Positions 43,355 to 52,557 of a stretch of 64,000 bases of DNA are shown here, piece after piece. The notes beneath the pieces are model-generated. The model was not told the origin of the DNA. It saw only the letters and a list, made by a program, of their open reading frames with translations, and searched no databases. Source of the stretch: Vicinamibacteria bacterium (lineage in GTDB: Bacteria > Acidobacteriota > Vicinamibacteria > Marinacidobacterales > Marinacidobacteraceae); the NCBI GenBank assembly GCA_963668695.2, contig CAXXLQ010000004.1:1088001-1152000 (forward strand), in the 5' to 3' direction. The position numbers and the translations under genes are program-made. The first letter of the stretch is position 1. Each line of letters starts with the position of its first letter.

Positions 43355-45313
43355 ATGAACCGTGCCCTGACTGTTCTTTCGTGCTTTGCGTTCCTGTTTG
43401 CGGCGGCGGCGGCGTCCGCCCAGGGGTCCGAGGACAGATTTCACTGGCCGTCGTTCCGCGGCCCCGCGGCGTCGGGGGTGGCCGATGGGCAGAACCCGCC
43501 GACCGAGTGGAATGCGATGACCCGGCACAACGTGCTCTGGCGCACCCCGATTCCCGGCCTCGGGCACTCGAGCCCGGTGATCTGGGGCGACCGGATTTTC
43601 GTGACCACCGCGGTCAGCGACGATCCCGACCCCGTCTTCCGCTACGGCACCGATGGGCGCATGGATCGGCGCTCCGACCGGGAGCGGAATACCTGGTTCG
43701 TGTACGCGATCGATCGCTACGGCGGCGACGTGCTCTGGGTACGCGAGGCGGTCAGCGCCATCCCCGAGATCCAGCGCCATCCCAAAAACAGCTACGCCTC
43801 GGCGACGCCGGCGACCGACGGGAAGCACGTCGCCGTGCTGGTGGCCACCGGGAACCTGTTCCTCTACGACTTCGACGGAGCGCTGCTCTGGGAGGTGGAC
43901 CTCGGTGCCCTGGACTCGGGCGCCTCCTACGACGACACCTACCAGTGGGCGGCCGCCAGCTCGCCGATCATCTGGGAGAACCTGGTGATCGTGCAGGCCG
44001 ACCAGCAGGAAGGCTCCTTCATCGCCGCCTTCGACATCGCTACCGGTGAGGAGGTCTGGCGGACCGCACGGGATCTGATCTCCGCGTTCTCGACACCGAC
44101 CGTCTACGCCGGAGCAGAGCGGACCGAACTGATCACGAACGGCGCCGGCACCATGTTCGGGTACGACCCAAGAACCGGCGAAGAGTTCTGGCGGATGTCC
44201 GGCAGCTCGTTGAACACCACGCCGACCCCCGTGGTGGACGGTGGGCTCATCTACCTGACGAGCGGCTACCGCCTGCGCCCGATCTTCGCGATCCGGGCCG
44301 GAGCCACCGGCGACATCTCGCTCGCCGAAGGGGCGAGCTCAAACGACTACGTGGCCTGGAGCTCGCCGCGGGACGGGCCCTACATGTCCTCGCCGCTGGT
44401 GTACCAGGGCTATTTGTACGTGGTCGCCACGAACGGCGTCCTCACGGCCTTCGACGCGGTCACCGGGGAGCGGGCGTACAAGGCCCGCATCGCGGAACGG
44501 GGAGGCGCCTTCACGGCCTCGCCCATCGCCGCCGACGGGCGCATCTACCTGGCCAGCGAAGATGGCGACGTCTTCGTCATCCGGGCCGGTCCCGAGTACG
44601 AACTGCTCGCGACGAACCCGATGGACGAGGTGTGTCTCGCGACGCCGGCGATCTCGGAAGGACAGCTGATCATCCGCACGACCGGGCATCTGGTTGCCGT
44701 CCGGGAAGGCATCGCTCCGACCATGGCCGAAGCGAAGCCTTCTTCGACACCATTCCCCCCGGTGTTTGCCCCCGACCTGGTGTTGCCGTTCGATGACTTC
44801 GAGGACGGAGATCTGTTCGCCCACACCGGCGTCCGCTGGCAGACCTTCACGAATGGCGTCTCGAACGCGGACCTCAGTCTGGTGGAGGGCGGCGCTGCTT
44901 CGACCCCCACCGCCGCCCGGGTTGACGGCGAGTTGACGATCGGTGCGGTGCGCGGTCCGCTCGCCCAGATGTACCAGCCGTTCGACCGCGGCGCGGAGCC
45001 GGTCAGCCTGGAGAACCTCGGCGGCATCCGGTTTCACGCTCGCGGCAGCCACGCCTTCGAGCTGACGCTCCGCTGTACCGGGGTGGACTTCGGAATGAAG
45101 TTGGAAATGTCGGAGGGTTGGCAATCTTTCGAACTCGCCGCCGGCGAGCTGGCGCCCGTCGCGGTGCCGCGGGATGCGGCCTACTGGGACGGCGACGCGT
45201 GTGACGGGCTCTATCTCTCCCGTCGGGGCGAAGCGGAACTTGGCGAGTTCTGGTTCGAGGTGGACGAGTTCACGTTCTACGGCAAAGACGCCTGGGAATC
45301 ACGGAGCCGTTAG
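43355..45313 (+). CDS. Secreted PQQ-like beta-propeller protein with C-terminal carbohydrate-binding-like (CIA30/CBM11-like) domain
   Basis: [30 protein letters not shown] and repeated SSP motifs. C-terminal DDFEDG...GIRFHARG...FWFEVDE. Confidence 0.82.
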   Translation: MNRALTVLSCFAFLFAAAAASAQGSEDRFHWPSFRGPAASGVADGQNPPTEWNAMTRHNVLWRTPIPGLGHSSPVIWGDRIFVTTAVSDDPDPVFRYGTDGRMDRRSDRERNTWFVYAIDRYGGDVLWVREAVSAIPEIQRHPKNSYASATPATDGKHVAVLVATGNLFLYDFDGALLWEVDLGALDSGASYDDTYQWAAASSPIIWENLVIVQADQQEGSFIAAFDIATGEEVWRTARDLISAFSTPTVYAGAERTELITNGAGTMFGYDPRTGEEFWRMSGSSLNTTPTPVVDGGLIYLTSGYRLRPIFAIRAGATGDISLAEGASSNDYVAWSSPRDGPYMSSPLVYQGYLYVVATNGVLTAFDAVTGERAYKARIAERGGAFTASPIAADGRIYLASEDGDVFVIRAGPEYELLATNPMDEVCLATPAISEGQLIIRTTGHLVAVREGIAPTMAEAKPSSTPFPPVFAPDLVLPFDDFEDGDLFAHTGVRWQTFTNGVSNADLSLVEGGAASTPTAARVDGELTIGAVRGPLAQMYQPFDRGAEPVSLENLGGIRFHARGSHAFELTLRCTGVDFGMKLEMSEGWQSFELAAGELAPVAVPRDAAYWDGDACDGLYLSRRGEAELGEFWFEVDEFTFYGKDAWESRSR

Positions 45314-45388
45314 TCAATTCCACTGCCGCTGGCGGCGGCCGGCGCGGTTGTGCTTATCTCTTGATGGAAGTTGAAAAGAAGAGGAACC

Positions 45389-46504
45389 ATGTCACCAATA
45401 TCCGCACAAGGAACCTACAAGAAGATCATCTTCGACAGCGATATGGGCTTTTATGCCACCCTGAAGAGGCGTGTGCATGAGCGTTTCCCGGAGATCAGGA
45501 CTCGAAGAACGGGAGGCTGGCGCATGGCGCCCAAGACGGCAATCATCCTGACGGGGTTGGTCGTTTCGTACGTCTTTTTGGTTTTCTTCTCCACGTCCGC
45601 AATCACGACGATCATTGCAGCGATTGCCCTTTCGCAGGCCTTGGTTCTTGTTGGCTTCAATCTGGTGCACGAAGGCGCACACGGGAGTTATTGCGACAAC
45701 AAGAAGATCAACTGGCTGATGGGTTCCACCGCGGGCTTCATCGGAGCCAGTCAGATGATTTGGCAGCATAAGCACAATGTCCTCCATCACACCTATACGA
45801 ATGTCGAGGAAATGGACACCGACATACAGAGCAACGCCATAATGCGCTGGAGCCAGTTGCAGGAATGGCGGCCATGGCATCGGTTTCAGCACCTGTATGC
45901 CTATCCGATGTACAGCATGTTGACCCTGCAGGTGATCTACAGCGATTTCAAGAGGATGATTTCAGGGCGAATTGGCAACTACATCCTGCCAAAGACGAGC
46001 CGCTCCCAGAGAGCGACCTTCGCTTTGACCAAGATCTTCTATGTCGGATACGCCTTGGTGATCCCGCTCTTTTTCCACTCCTGGCTCCATGTGCTGGCCG
46101 TCTTCTTGCTCGTCAACCTGATCGCCGGCGTGACCCTGGCCGCGGTGTTTTCGCTGGCTCACACGGTGGAGGGCACCGCCTTTCCGGTGCCCGACCCCGA
46201 GTCGGGCGCGATGGGCAAGGAGTGGGCAATTCATGAAGTGGAGACCACGGCAAATTTTGCGCCCCGGAGCCGGCTGGCTGCCTGGTATCTGGGAGGTCTG
46301 AATTCCCAGATCGAACATCACCTGTTCCCCAATGTGTGCCATCTCTACTACCCGCGTCTTCGCCACATCGTTGAGGAGACGTGTCGGGACTTTTCGGTTC
46401 GTTACCTTTCCTATCCCACGTTTGCTTCGGCACTCAGATCACACCATCGGCACTTGAAGGCGATGGGGCAGCGGCGCTTCGTGGCCCCTGGAGCTCCGGG
46501 GTAG
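45389..46504 (+). CDS. Membrane fatty acid (acyl-CoA) desaturase
   Basis: His boxes HEGAH, HNVLHH, QIEHH with TM segments. Lower GC than neighbours. Confidence 0.92.
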   Translation: MSPISAQGTYKKIIFDSDMGFYATLKRRVHERFPEIRTRRTGGWRMAPKTAIILTGLVVSYVFLVFFSTSAITTIIAAIALSQALVLVGFNLVHEGAHGSYCDNKKINWLMGSTAGFIGASQMIWQHKHNVLHHTYTNVEEMDTDIQSNAIMRWSQLQEWRPWHRFQHLYAYPMYSMLTLQVIYSDFKRMISGRIGNYILPKTSRSQRATFALTKIFYVGYALVIPLFFHSWLHVLAVFLLVNLIAGVTLAAVFSLAHTVEGTAFPVPDPESGAMGKEWAIHEVETTANFAPRSRLAAWYLGGLNSQIEHHLFPNVCHLYYPRLRHIVEETCRDFSVRYLSYPTFASALRSHHRHLKAMGQRRFVAPGAPG

Positions 46505-46542
46505 GGAAATTCCCGGGAGCCGATCCGCGCGGCTCCGATTAA

Positions 46543-46761
46543 CAGCCTGTGGTGAAACCCCGAAGGCATCCAATCGCGGCGCGCAGCGCCGCGGGGGTGG
46601 GGTGTGGGGAGGGGTTTCCTCTCCCCACGGGTTGGTGGAGCGAATCGTGCAGCGATTCGCTCCACCAACCCGTGGGGGAAGCGCCCCGCACGCACCCAAA
46701 CCGCCAGATTCGGCGCGTGGGACGCCCTGGGGCTCGTGCGGGGTGCTTTCACCACGGGCTG
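46543..46761. mobile_element. MITE-like element with family-A ends but different interior (25-bp perfect hairpin)
   Basis: TTAA-CAGCCTGTGGTGAAACCC ... TTTCACCACGGGCTG-TCAA. Stem 46623-46647 pairs with 46653-46677. Confidence 0.75.
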
Positions 46762-47868
46762 TCAATGCGTCCGGCCGAGATAGAGGGTGTTCGGCGCGTC
46801 CGAGCGTCCCGCCACGATGTCCGGGATCCCGTCACCATTGACGTCGCCGATCGCGAGCCCGTACATGGCGCCCTCCGCGTCACCGAAGGGGGTCCGCGTG
46901 AACGACACCCCGGAGCCGTCGTTCGTCAGGATCGCTCCCGGCGCCCCCCGGTTGCCGATCACGACGTCCAGGTCTCCGTCGCCGTCGAGGTCGGCCACCG
47001 CGAGCGAGTACGCGTTGTCGGCCGGGTCCGCGATTTGCCGGCGCTCCTCGAACGTGATGCCGTCCCGGCCCGGGTAGAGCCACACCCCGCCGCCGAGCTG
47101 ATCGCCCAGCACGATATCGAGCCTCCCGTCGCCGTTCAGGTCGCCGAAGGTCACCGCCCGGGTCGCGGACTCCGGCGGACCCACCGCGTGGGTCTCGGAG
47201 AATCCGCCGTGACCGTCATTCACGTACAGATAGCTCTGGCCACCGTCCCGGTGAGGAACGAACAGATCCCGGAACCCGTCGCCCGTGAGGTCCCCCGCCC
47301 CGATGGTCGTGGCTGAGTTCCTCGAAAGAACCCGGCACTCGGGAAACGCCCCGGATCCGTCATTGACGCACACGTAGTTGGCGCTGCGGTTCTCGGGTCC
47401 GCCCCGGTTCGCGACGACGATTTCGGGTCGGTGGTCGCCGTTCAGGTCGGCCACCGTGACGTTCCGGGTGGGCCAGGATGCGTCGCCGAAGGTCCCGGCG
47501 AGGGTGAACGAAGCGGCCCCGTCGTTGAAATAGATCCGCTTGTCGTCGGGCCGGTCGTTGCCAACGACGAGGTCGAGATCGCCGTCCCCATCCAGATCGG
47601 CGAGCGCCGCGGTGTAGGTGCGGTCGGGGGAGGCGTCGAGCGCGTGCCGCTCGTCGAAACCGCCGGCCCCGTCGTTCAGCAGCACGAAATCCGCGAGCGG
47701 CCAATGGCGACCCTTCGCGAGGACGATGTCCAGGTCCCCGTCGCCGTCGAGATCCCCCAGGCTCGCGTTTGCGCTGGTTTCAGCGGTGTCCTCAAGCGGC
47801 ACGGCCCGTATCTGCTGGGCGCTCTCGCTGGGCGCGGCGAGCAGCAATCCGGGGAGAACAAGGACCAT
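46762..47868 (-). CDS. FG-GAP/VCBS repeat secreted protein
   Basis: Seven (G/A)DL(D/N)GDGxxD(I/L)V-type repeats and a signal peptide. The start may be upstream (47943). Confidence 0.9.
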   Translation of the reverse strand: MVLVLPGLLLAAPSESAQQIRAVPLEDTAETSANASLGDLDGDGDLDIVLAKGRHWPLADFVLLNDGAGGFDERHALDASPDRTYTAALADLDGDGDLDLVVGNDRPDDKRIYFNDGAASFTLAGTFGDASWPTRNVTVADLNGDHRPEIVVANRGGPENRSANYVCVNDGSGAFPECRVLSRNSATTIGAGDLTGDGFRDLFVPHRDGGQSYLYVNDGHGGFSETHAVGPPESATRAVTFGDLNGDGRLDIVLGDQLGGGVWLYPGRDGITFEERRQIADPADNAYSLAVADLDGDGDLDVVIGNRGAPGAILTNDGSGVSFTRTPFGDAEGAMYGLAIGDVNGDGIPDIVAGRSDAPNTLYLGRTH

Positions 47869-47961
47869 CGCGCCGGCTGGCGCCGACAGCGCCCGCCGTC
47901 GGCCGCTACCTTGGATTTCCACGAGCCAAGTGCATTTTTTCAAGGTAGATCCCGGCGCGTG

Positions 47962-48654
47962 CTATTCCGCGCGACGGTTCGGACCGATATCGACCTCGGT
48001 CACGTGGACGCTGAGGCCGGCCCCCGCGCGTACGCCGATCACGCCGTCGCGGGCAATCTGGTTTCCCGGCAGTTCGGCGATCGGGGCATCGTTCAGATAG
48101 AACATCGTGCGGTCCCCACGCACGTCCACGGCGAGCACGTTCTTGACCGGTCCCGAGGCCTCGGCGCCCATCGTCACGAGCGCGTCGTGCTCCGTCCAGG
48201 GCACGAGATCGCGGGTCTTCCCGCCGCTGTGCTCGGCGATCCGGAAGTGGCGATCGTTGCGCAACTCGAATGAGGCGTAGTGGGCCCCATCCGCTTCCAG
48301 ATCGCGGCCGGCGAGAAAGAGACCGAGGGGGCTGTCGAGCCGGGTGGAGCCGGATTGATCCGGGTCGCCCTCCGGAAAGAGGAAGATGGTGCTGCTGACC
48401 CCGAAGGCGTCCGAGGCGAAACTTCCCGGATCCCAGAACAACCCTCCCGGGCCGGAGAAGACGTGCCAGCCGGGCCGCATCACCACGAAGCGGCGTTCAG
48501 GAGCCGAGGTCCCGTCGTCGTAACGCGCCTTCCAGTGGTCGGGGCGTTCGAGGTTGTATCCGGACTGCGCCGCCAGCGGGGCCGCGAAGAGGATGAGGAC
48601 GAGGCCGAGGACCGCCATCAAGGCCGGGCACCGTACGGCGGGGACATGAGGCAT
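47962..48654 (-). CDS. Secreted hypothetical protein (ConA-like beta-sandwich likely)
   Basis: Signal peptide ending PLAAQ; beta-rich C-terminus NVLAVDV...FYLND...GVIGVR. Confidence 0.65.
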   Translation of the reverse strand: MPHVPAVRCPALMAVLGLVLILFAAPLAAQSGYNLERPDHWKARYDDGTSAPERRFVVMRPGWHVFSGPGGLFWDPGSFASDAFGVSSTIFLFPEGDPDQSGSTRLDSPLGLFLAGRDLEADGAHYASFELRNDRHFRIAEHSGGKTRDLVPWTEHDALVTMGAEASGPVKNVLAVDVRGDRTMFYLNDAPIAELPGNQIARDGVIGVRAGAGLSVHVTEVDIGPNRRAE

Positions 48655-48863
48655 CGAAATCGCTTCTTGGGTCAGACCGGCAGCACTTCTCGCGGCTGGC
48701 AGCATCGTACCGTTGCCATGGACGCCATGAAGGCGGGAAGCATCGCGCGTTTCGCCCGCCTTGAGCGGGCGATGCCGGTGTGAACGCCCCCACCGGGAGG
48801 ACTGGCCGGCGGGCCCGTGCCTGCATCCCGTGAGGGAGCACATCCGAAGGCGCCACCGCGGCC

Positions 48864-49733
48864 CTATGGACCACGATGCCGACCTGGAGCGTCGGCGCCC
48901 GGCTTTTCTTCCGAAGCGGCGTCCCGCCTACGCCGCATGACTTTGAAGCGCGTCTCCATCCACGCCTGCCAGGCCGCCTCGTTGCGGGCGGCGGCCGCCG
49001 CCTCGTCGCCGTAGAAGTAGATGCTGAGCGCCACTGTGGCCCGGTCGGCGATCTTGTACGCGCTCAGCGCTGCGGTTCCCGGCGCCGGCTGGTCGAGCCG
49101 GATTACGGCATAAGGCTGACGCCCGGTTCGCGATTCCTCGAAGACGCCTGCGAGCCCCGCCGCACCGGAAACTGCGAAGGCCCAACGGTCACCCGGGGAA
49201 AGCCCGCGGGCGTTGAGCTCGCCGAGCAGCGCCTCCCAGGCATCTCGCGTCGAGCCGTCCGCGGCGCCGATGACCCGGACGATCGAGGCTCGCTGGCCCC
49301 GGAAGTGGCCGAGGTAGAGCCGCATGATGGCCAGGCATTGCGGCCAGCCGGCTTCGAAGCTCTCGAGCTGGTCGTCCCAGTCGTCGAGGCCGGCGAACAG
49401 GCTGTGCACCACGCGCACGAGACACCGTCCGCCGCTCGTAGGCTCGATGGTCCATTCGGTGGCCGTCGGCGGGCCTCCCGGGCCGCAGTCCTCGCCCTCG
49501 TGACGGAACCGATGCGGTGGATCCCAGACGGTCACCGTTGCCGGCGCGTCCATCTTGGAACCCGTGTGGTAGCGGAGGGCGCCGCCGACCCGTTCCTCGA
49601 CGTCGGTCGGGTAGAACCAGGATGAGATTCCCGGCCCGGTGGCGAGGGCCTCCCAAACCTCCTCCGGGGTTCCCGGGACTTCGACTTCGACCTCGATGGA
49701 ACGGCGGCCGGAGGGATCGCGCTTGATGGTCAT
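48864..49733 (-). CDS. SRPBCC/AHSA1 domain protein
   Basis: EVPGTPEEVWEALATGPGISSWF, WDPPHRF, VRVVHS. Confidence 0.88.
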   Translation of the reverse strand: MTIKRDPSGRRSIEVEVEVPGTPEEVWEALATGPGISSWFYPTDVEERVGGALRYHTGSKMDAPATVTVWDPPHRFRHEGEDCGPGGPPTATEWTIEPTSGGRCLVRVVHSLFAGLDDWDDQLESFEAGWPQCLAIMRLYLGHFRGQRASIVRVIGAADGSTRDAWEALLGELNARGLSPGDRWAFAVSGAAGLAGVFEESRTGRQPYAVIRLDQPAPGTAALSAYKIADRATVALSIYFYGDEAAAAARNEAAWQAWMETRFKVMRRRRDAASEEKPGADAPGRHRGP

Positions 49734-50329
49734 CGTGCCTCCAAGGGTGGGTTCGCGGGAGCCGGATGGGCGACGACGACCAGGCGGTGGCGCCGTCCCC
49801 CGGGGGCGGATTCATCGTGATAGCGCCGGGCCAGCTCGGAGATCGCGGCGACGAGTTCCCCGCTGAACCGGGCACGCGCTTCCGGTGAATGGAAACGGAT
49901 CTCGGTGTCCAGCGAGAAAGTGGCGAGCCGCTTCCCGGTCTCGCGGGAACGACGTGCGAAATGGCTCACCTCGCGCACGATGCGCGCGGCGAGCGCGATC
50001 AGGTAGCTGGCCGAAAGCCGGTCGCGCGTGCGCCCCGGATCACACGCCAGCGGGCCGAGCGCGGCCGGGCTGATCAAGTACGACCGGGCGGTGGCCACCA
50101 GCCGACGCTCGGTCAGCCCGCCCCACTTGCGCTCCCCGGCGATCTGCACGAGACCGTGCTTTTCGAGCGTCCGGAGGTGGTAGTTGACCTTCTGGCGGGG
50201 GAGGTCCAGCCGCGCCGCGAGGGTTGCCGCCGAGACCGGCTCGGCCATTTCCGAGAGCAGCCGGGCCCGCTTCGGGTCCAGAGTCACCGCGGCGGCGCCC
50301 GGCTCTTCGATGACCGCGACATCGAGCAT
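49730..50329 (-). CDS. ArsR-like winged-helix transcriptional regulator
   Basis: SAATLAARLDLPRQKVNYHLRTLEKHGLV; translationally coupled to the SRPBCC gene. Confidence 0.88.
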   Translation of the reverse strand: MLDVAVIEEPGAAAVTLDPKRARLLSEMAEPVSAATLAARLDLPRQKVNYHLRTLEKHGLVQIAGERKWGGLTERRLVATARSYLISPAALGPLACDPGRTRDRLSASYLIALAARIVREVSHFARRSRETGKRLATFSLDTEIRFHSPEARARFSGELVAAISELARRYHDESAPGGRRHRLVVVAHPAPANPPLEAR

Positions 50330-50346
50330 CGACGAGGGATCAGATC

Positions 50347-50368
50347 ATTGACAAATATATTTGTCAAT
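50347..50368. promoter_or_regulatory. Perfect 22-bp palindrome ATTGACAAATATATTTGTCAAT (likely operator overlapping -35)
   Basis: AT-rich palindrome 17 bp upstream of the regulator ATG, with TTGACA on both strands. Confidence 0.8.
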
Positions 50369-51307
50369 AGGTATTCGATTCCGCTCGGGAGGCAGAGAGA
50401 GCGTCGCGCATTGCCCGAATGTCCTGCGGGCGCGTGCGGCAGCAGCCGCCGATGAGGGTCGCGCCGAGGCGTCGCCACTCGGGAGCGAGCTGCGGCAGGT
50501 TCGCCGTTTCGGCGGGCGTTTCCCAGATCTTCCGGACCGGGTCCCAGCGGCCGTCACCGTTCGGATAGGCGACCACCGGCTTGCCGCTGGCGGCGCCGAT
50601 CCTCGGGATCAGCTCGGCGAGATGCTTCGGGGCGGTGCAGTTGACGCCGACCCAATGGATCCGGGGGCAGTCGGCCAGATCGGCCGCGATCTCGCCAACC
50701 GGGGTGCCGTCGGAGAGATGCGCCCCGTCCCGGCAGGTGAAGCTGAACCACGCCGGCGGCGCCGTATCCAGGCGCTCGAGCAGCCGCCGGAGCACGCGTG
50801 CCTCGCGCGCCGAGGGGATGGTCTCCACCGCGAGCAGATCGGCCCCGGCGCGGGCCAGCACCTCCAGCCGCCGCCAGTGGAAAGTGGCGAGGCCCGCGTC
50901 GTCGATGGCGTAGTCGCCGGTGTACTCCGAGCCGTCCGCCAGGAACGCCCCGTAGGGTCCTACGCTCGCCGCGACGAGCGGCCGCCGCCGGTCCGCGCGG
51001 TTTGCCGGATCGCGCCAGAACCGGTTGCGCTCCTCCGCGGCGAGCTCGACTGCGAGCCGGAAGATGCGCTCGGATTCCTTGTCGGAGAGTCCGTACCGGG
51101 AGAGACCGGGGAAGCTGGCCTGATAGGTGGCGGCGATGACGCAGTCCGCGCCCGCTTCGAGGAACCGGGCGTGGACCGCGCGGATCGCGTCGGGCGTCTC
51201 GATCAACACCCGCGCCGACCAGAGCGCGTGGTTCAGGTCGAAGCCGTCGGCTTCGAGTTCGGTGGCGAGGCCGCCGTCGAGGATCAGGGGCTCGGTGTGC
51301 CTGCCAC
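50364..51307 (-). CDS. mmuM: Homocysteine S-methyltransferase (start separated by probable 1-nt homopolymer error at 51287-51290)
   Basis: ILDGGLATELE, LWSA, SVGPYGA..DGSEYTG, GVNC, IGGCC. GTG 51307 becomes in frame (MAGTPSPLILDGG) if C4 is C5. Confidence 0.88.
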
Positions 51308-51414
51308 TCTGGCCCGGCCGCGCTTCAGGCTGATCGGGCGGACGCCGTTCGCCGCGCTGCGAGCGGCTATCCCGGTCCGAAGGCCCCCACCCGGAGACTG
51401 GCCGGCGCTCCCAA

Positions 51415-52542
51415 TCAGCCGCCAAAGATCTCGCGGAAGTAGCGAACCCAGTTACCGCCCAGGATCTTCGCGATGTCCACCTCGGCGACGCCGCGCCGGT
51501 CGAGGGCGTGGGCGACGTTCCGGAACCGCTCGGGCTCGTCGAGGCCCTCGATGAAGGGAGGCCAGCGGACCCGGTAACTCGGCTTGAAGTTCCGGAGCCG
51601 GGGCTCGTACCAGTTCTCGCGGGTGGCCCACGACCGGAGCCCGCGGATCGCGTGGTCGGTGGAGACGCCCACGTGCTCGATCCCGGCAACGTTCACCGCG
51701 TGCATGATGTGGTTCACGTAGTCCTCGAGCGAGGAGTCCGGGTCGGGCCCGACGAAGTAGCCGAGGCTCGCGATGCCGGTGATCCCGCCCTTGTCCGACA
51801 TGGCGCGGATCTGTTCGTCGGTCTTGGCGCGGGGATGGTCGTTGTAGATCGCTTCGCAGAAGGTGTGGGTGAACGCGGCGGGCCTCGACGAGACCTCGAT
51901 TCCGTCCATGGAGGTCTTCCGGCCGCAGTGGGAGAGGTCCACGATGATGCCCAGTTCGTTCATGCGCCCCACCACCTCGACCCCGAAGTCGGAGAGGCCG
52001 CCGTCCACCCGCTCGGTGCAGCCGCTCCCGAGGCGGTTTTGCGAGTTGTAGGTGAGCTGGATGCAGCGGGTCCCGAGTTCGTAGAGCGGATCCAGGTTCT
52101 CGAGCACCCCCTCGAGCATGGTGGCGTTTTGGAAGCCGAACAGCACCGCCATCTTCCCCTCCGCCTTCGCCCGCTCGATGTCGGCGGCGGTAGTGGCGTG
52201 GACCAGCTTGTCCGGGTTTTCCCGGATGCGGCGGCGCCACTCGGCGAGCGCCCGCGCCGCGACCTGGAAGTTCGGGCTGGGGAGGGTGGTCTGAATCCCG
52301 GTGTATCCCGAGCGCTTGACCGCGTCGTACTCCACGTCGTCCCATTCGTAGCCGACGGCCAGCGAATCGATGACTACCGACTGGTCGTAGAGGGTGTCGA
52401 TCGCCGGGTTCCGTGGGGGTTTTTGGGTGGCGGTTTGCTGGAGGGGCAAGGCGGGTGCACCTACGGAACCGGAAGACGCCCCGAGTGACCGGTGGGTGGT
52501 GAGGGAAGCGGCCATCAGGCCGAGAAAGATGCGTCGCTCCAT
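51415..52542 (-). CDS. Membrane dipeptidase (peptidase M19) with Tat signal
   Basis: MERRIFLG Tat motif, QLTYN, MNELGIIVDLSH, HPRAKTD, KILGGN. Confidence 0.9.
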   Translation of the reverse strand: MERRIFLGLMAASLTTHRSLGASSGSVGAPALPLQQTATQKPPRNPAIDTLYDQSVVIDSLAVGYEWDDVEYDAVKRSGYTGIQTTLPSPNFQVAARALAEWRRRIRENPDKLVHATTAADIERAKAEGKMAVLFGFQNATMLEGVLENLDPLYELGTRCIQLTYNSQNRLGSGCTERVDGGLSDFGVEVVGRMNELGIIVDLSHCGRKTSMDGIEVSSRPAAFTHTFCEAIYNDHPRAKTDEQIRAMSDKGGITGIASLGYFVGPDPDSSLEDYVNHIMHAVNVAGIEHVGVSTDHAIRGLRSWATRENWYEPRLRNFKPSYRVRWPPFIEGLDEPERFRNVAHALDRRGVAEVDIAKILGGNWVRYFREIFGG

Positions 52543-52557
52543 CGGAACGTACCTCCG

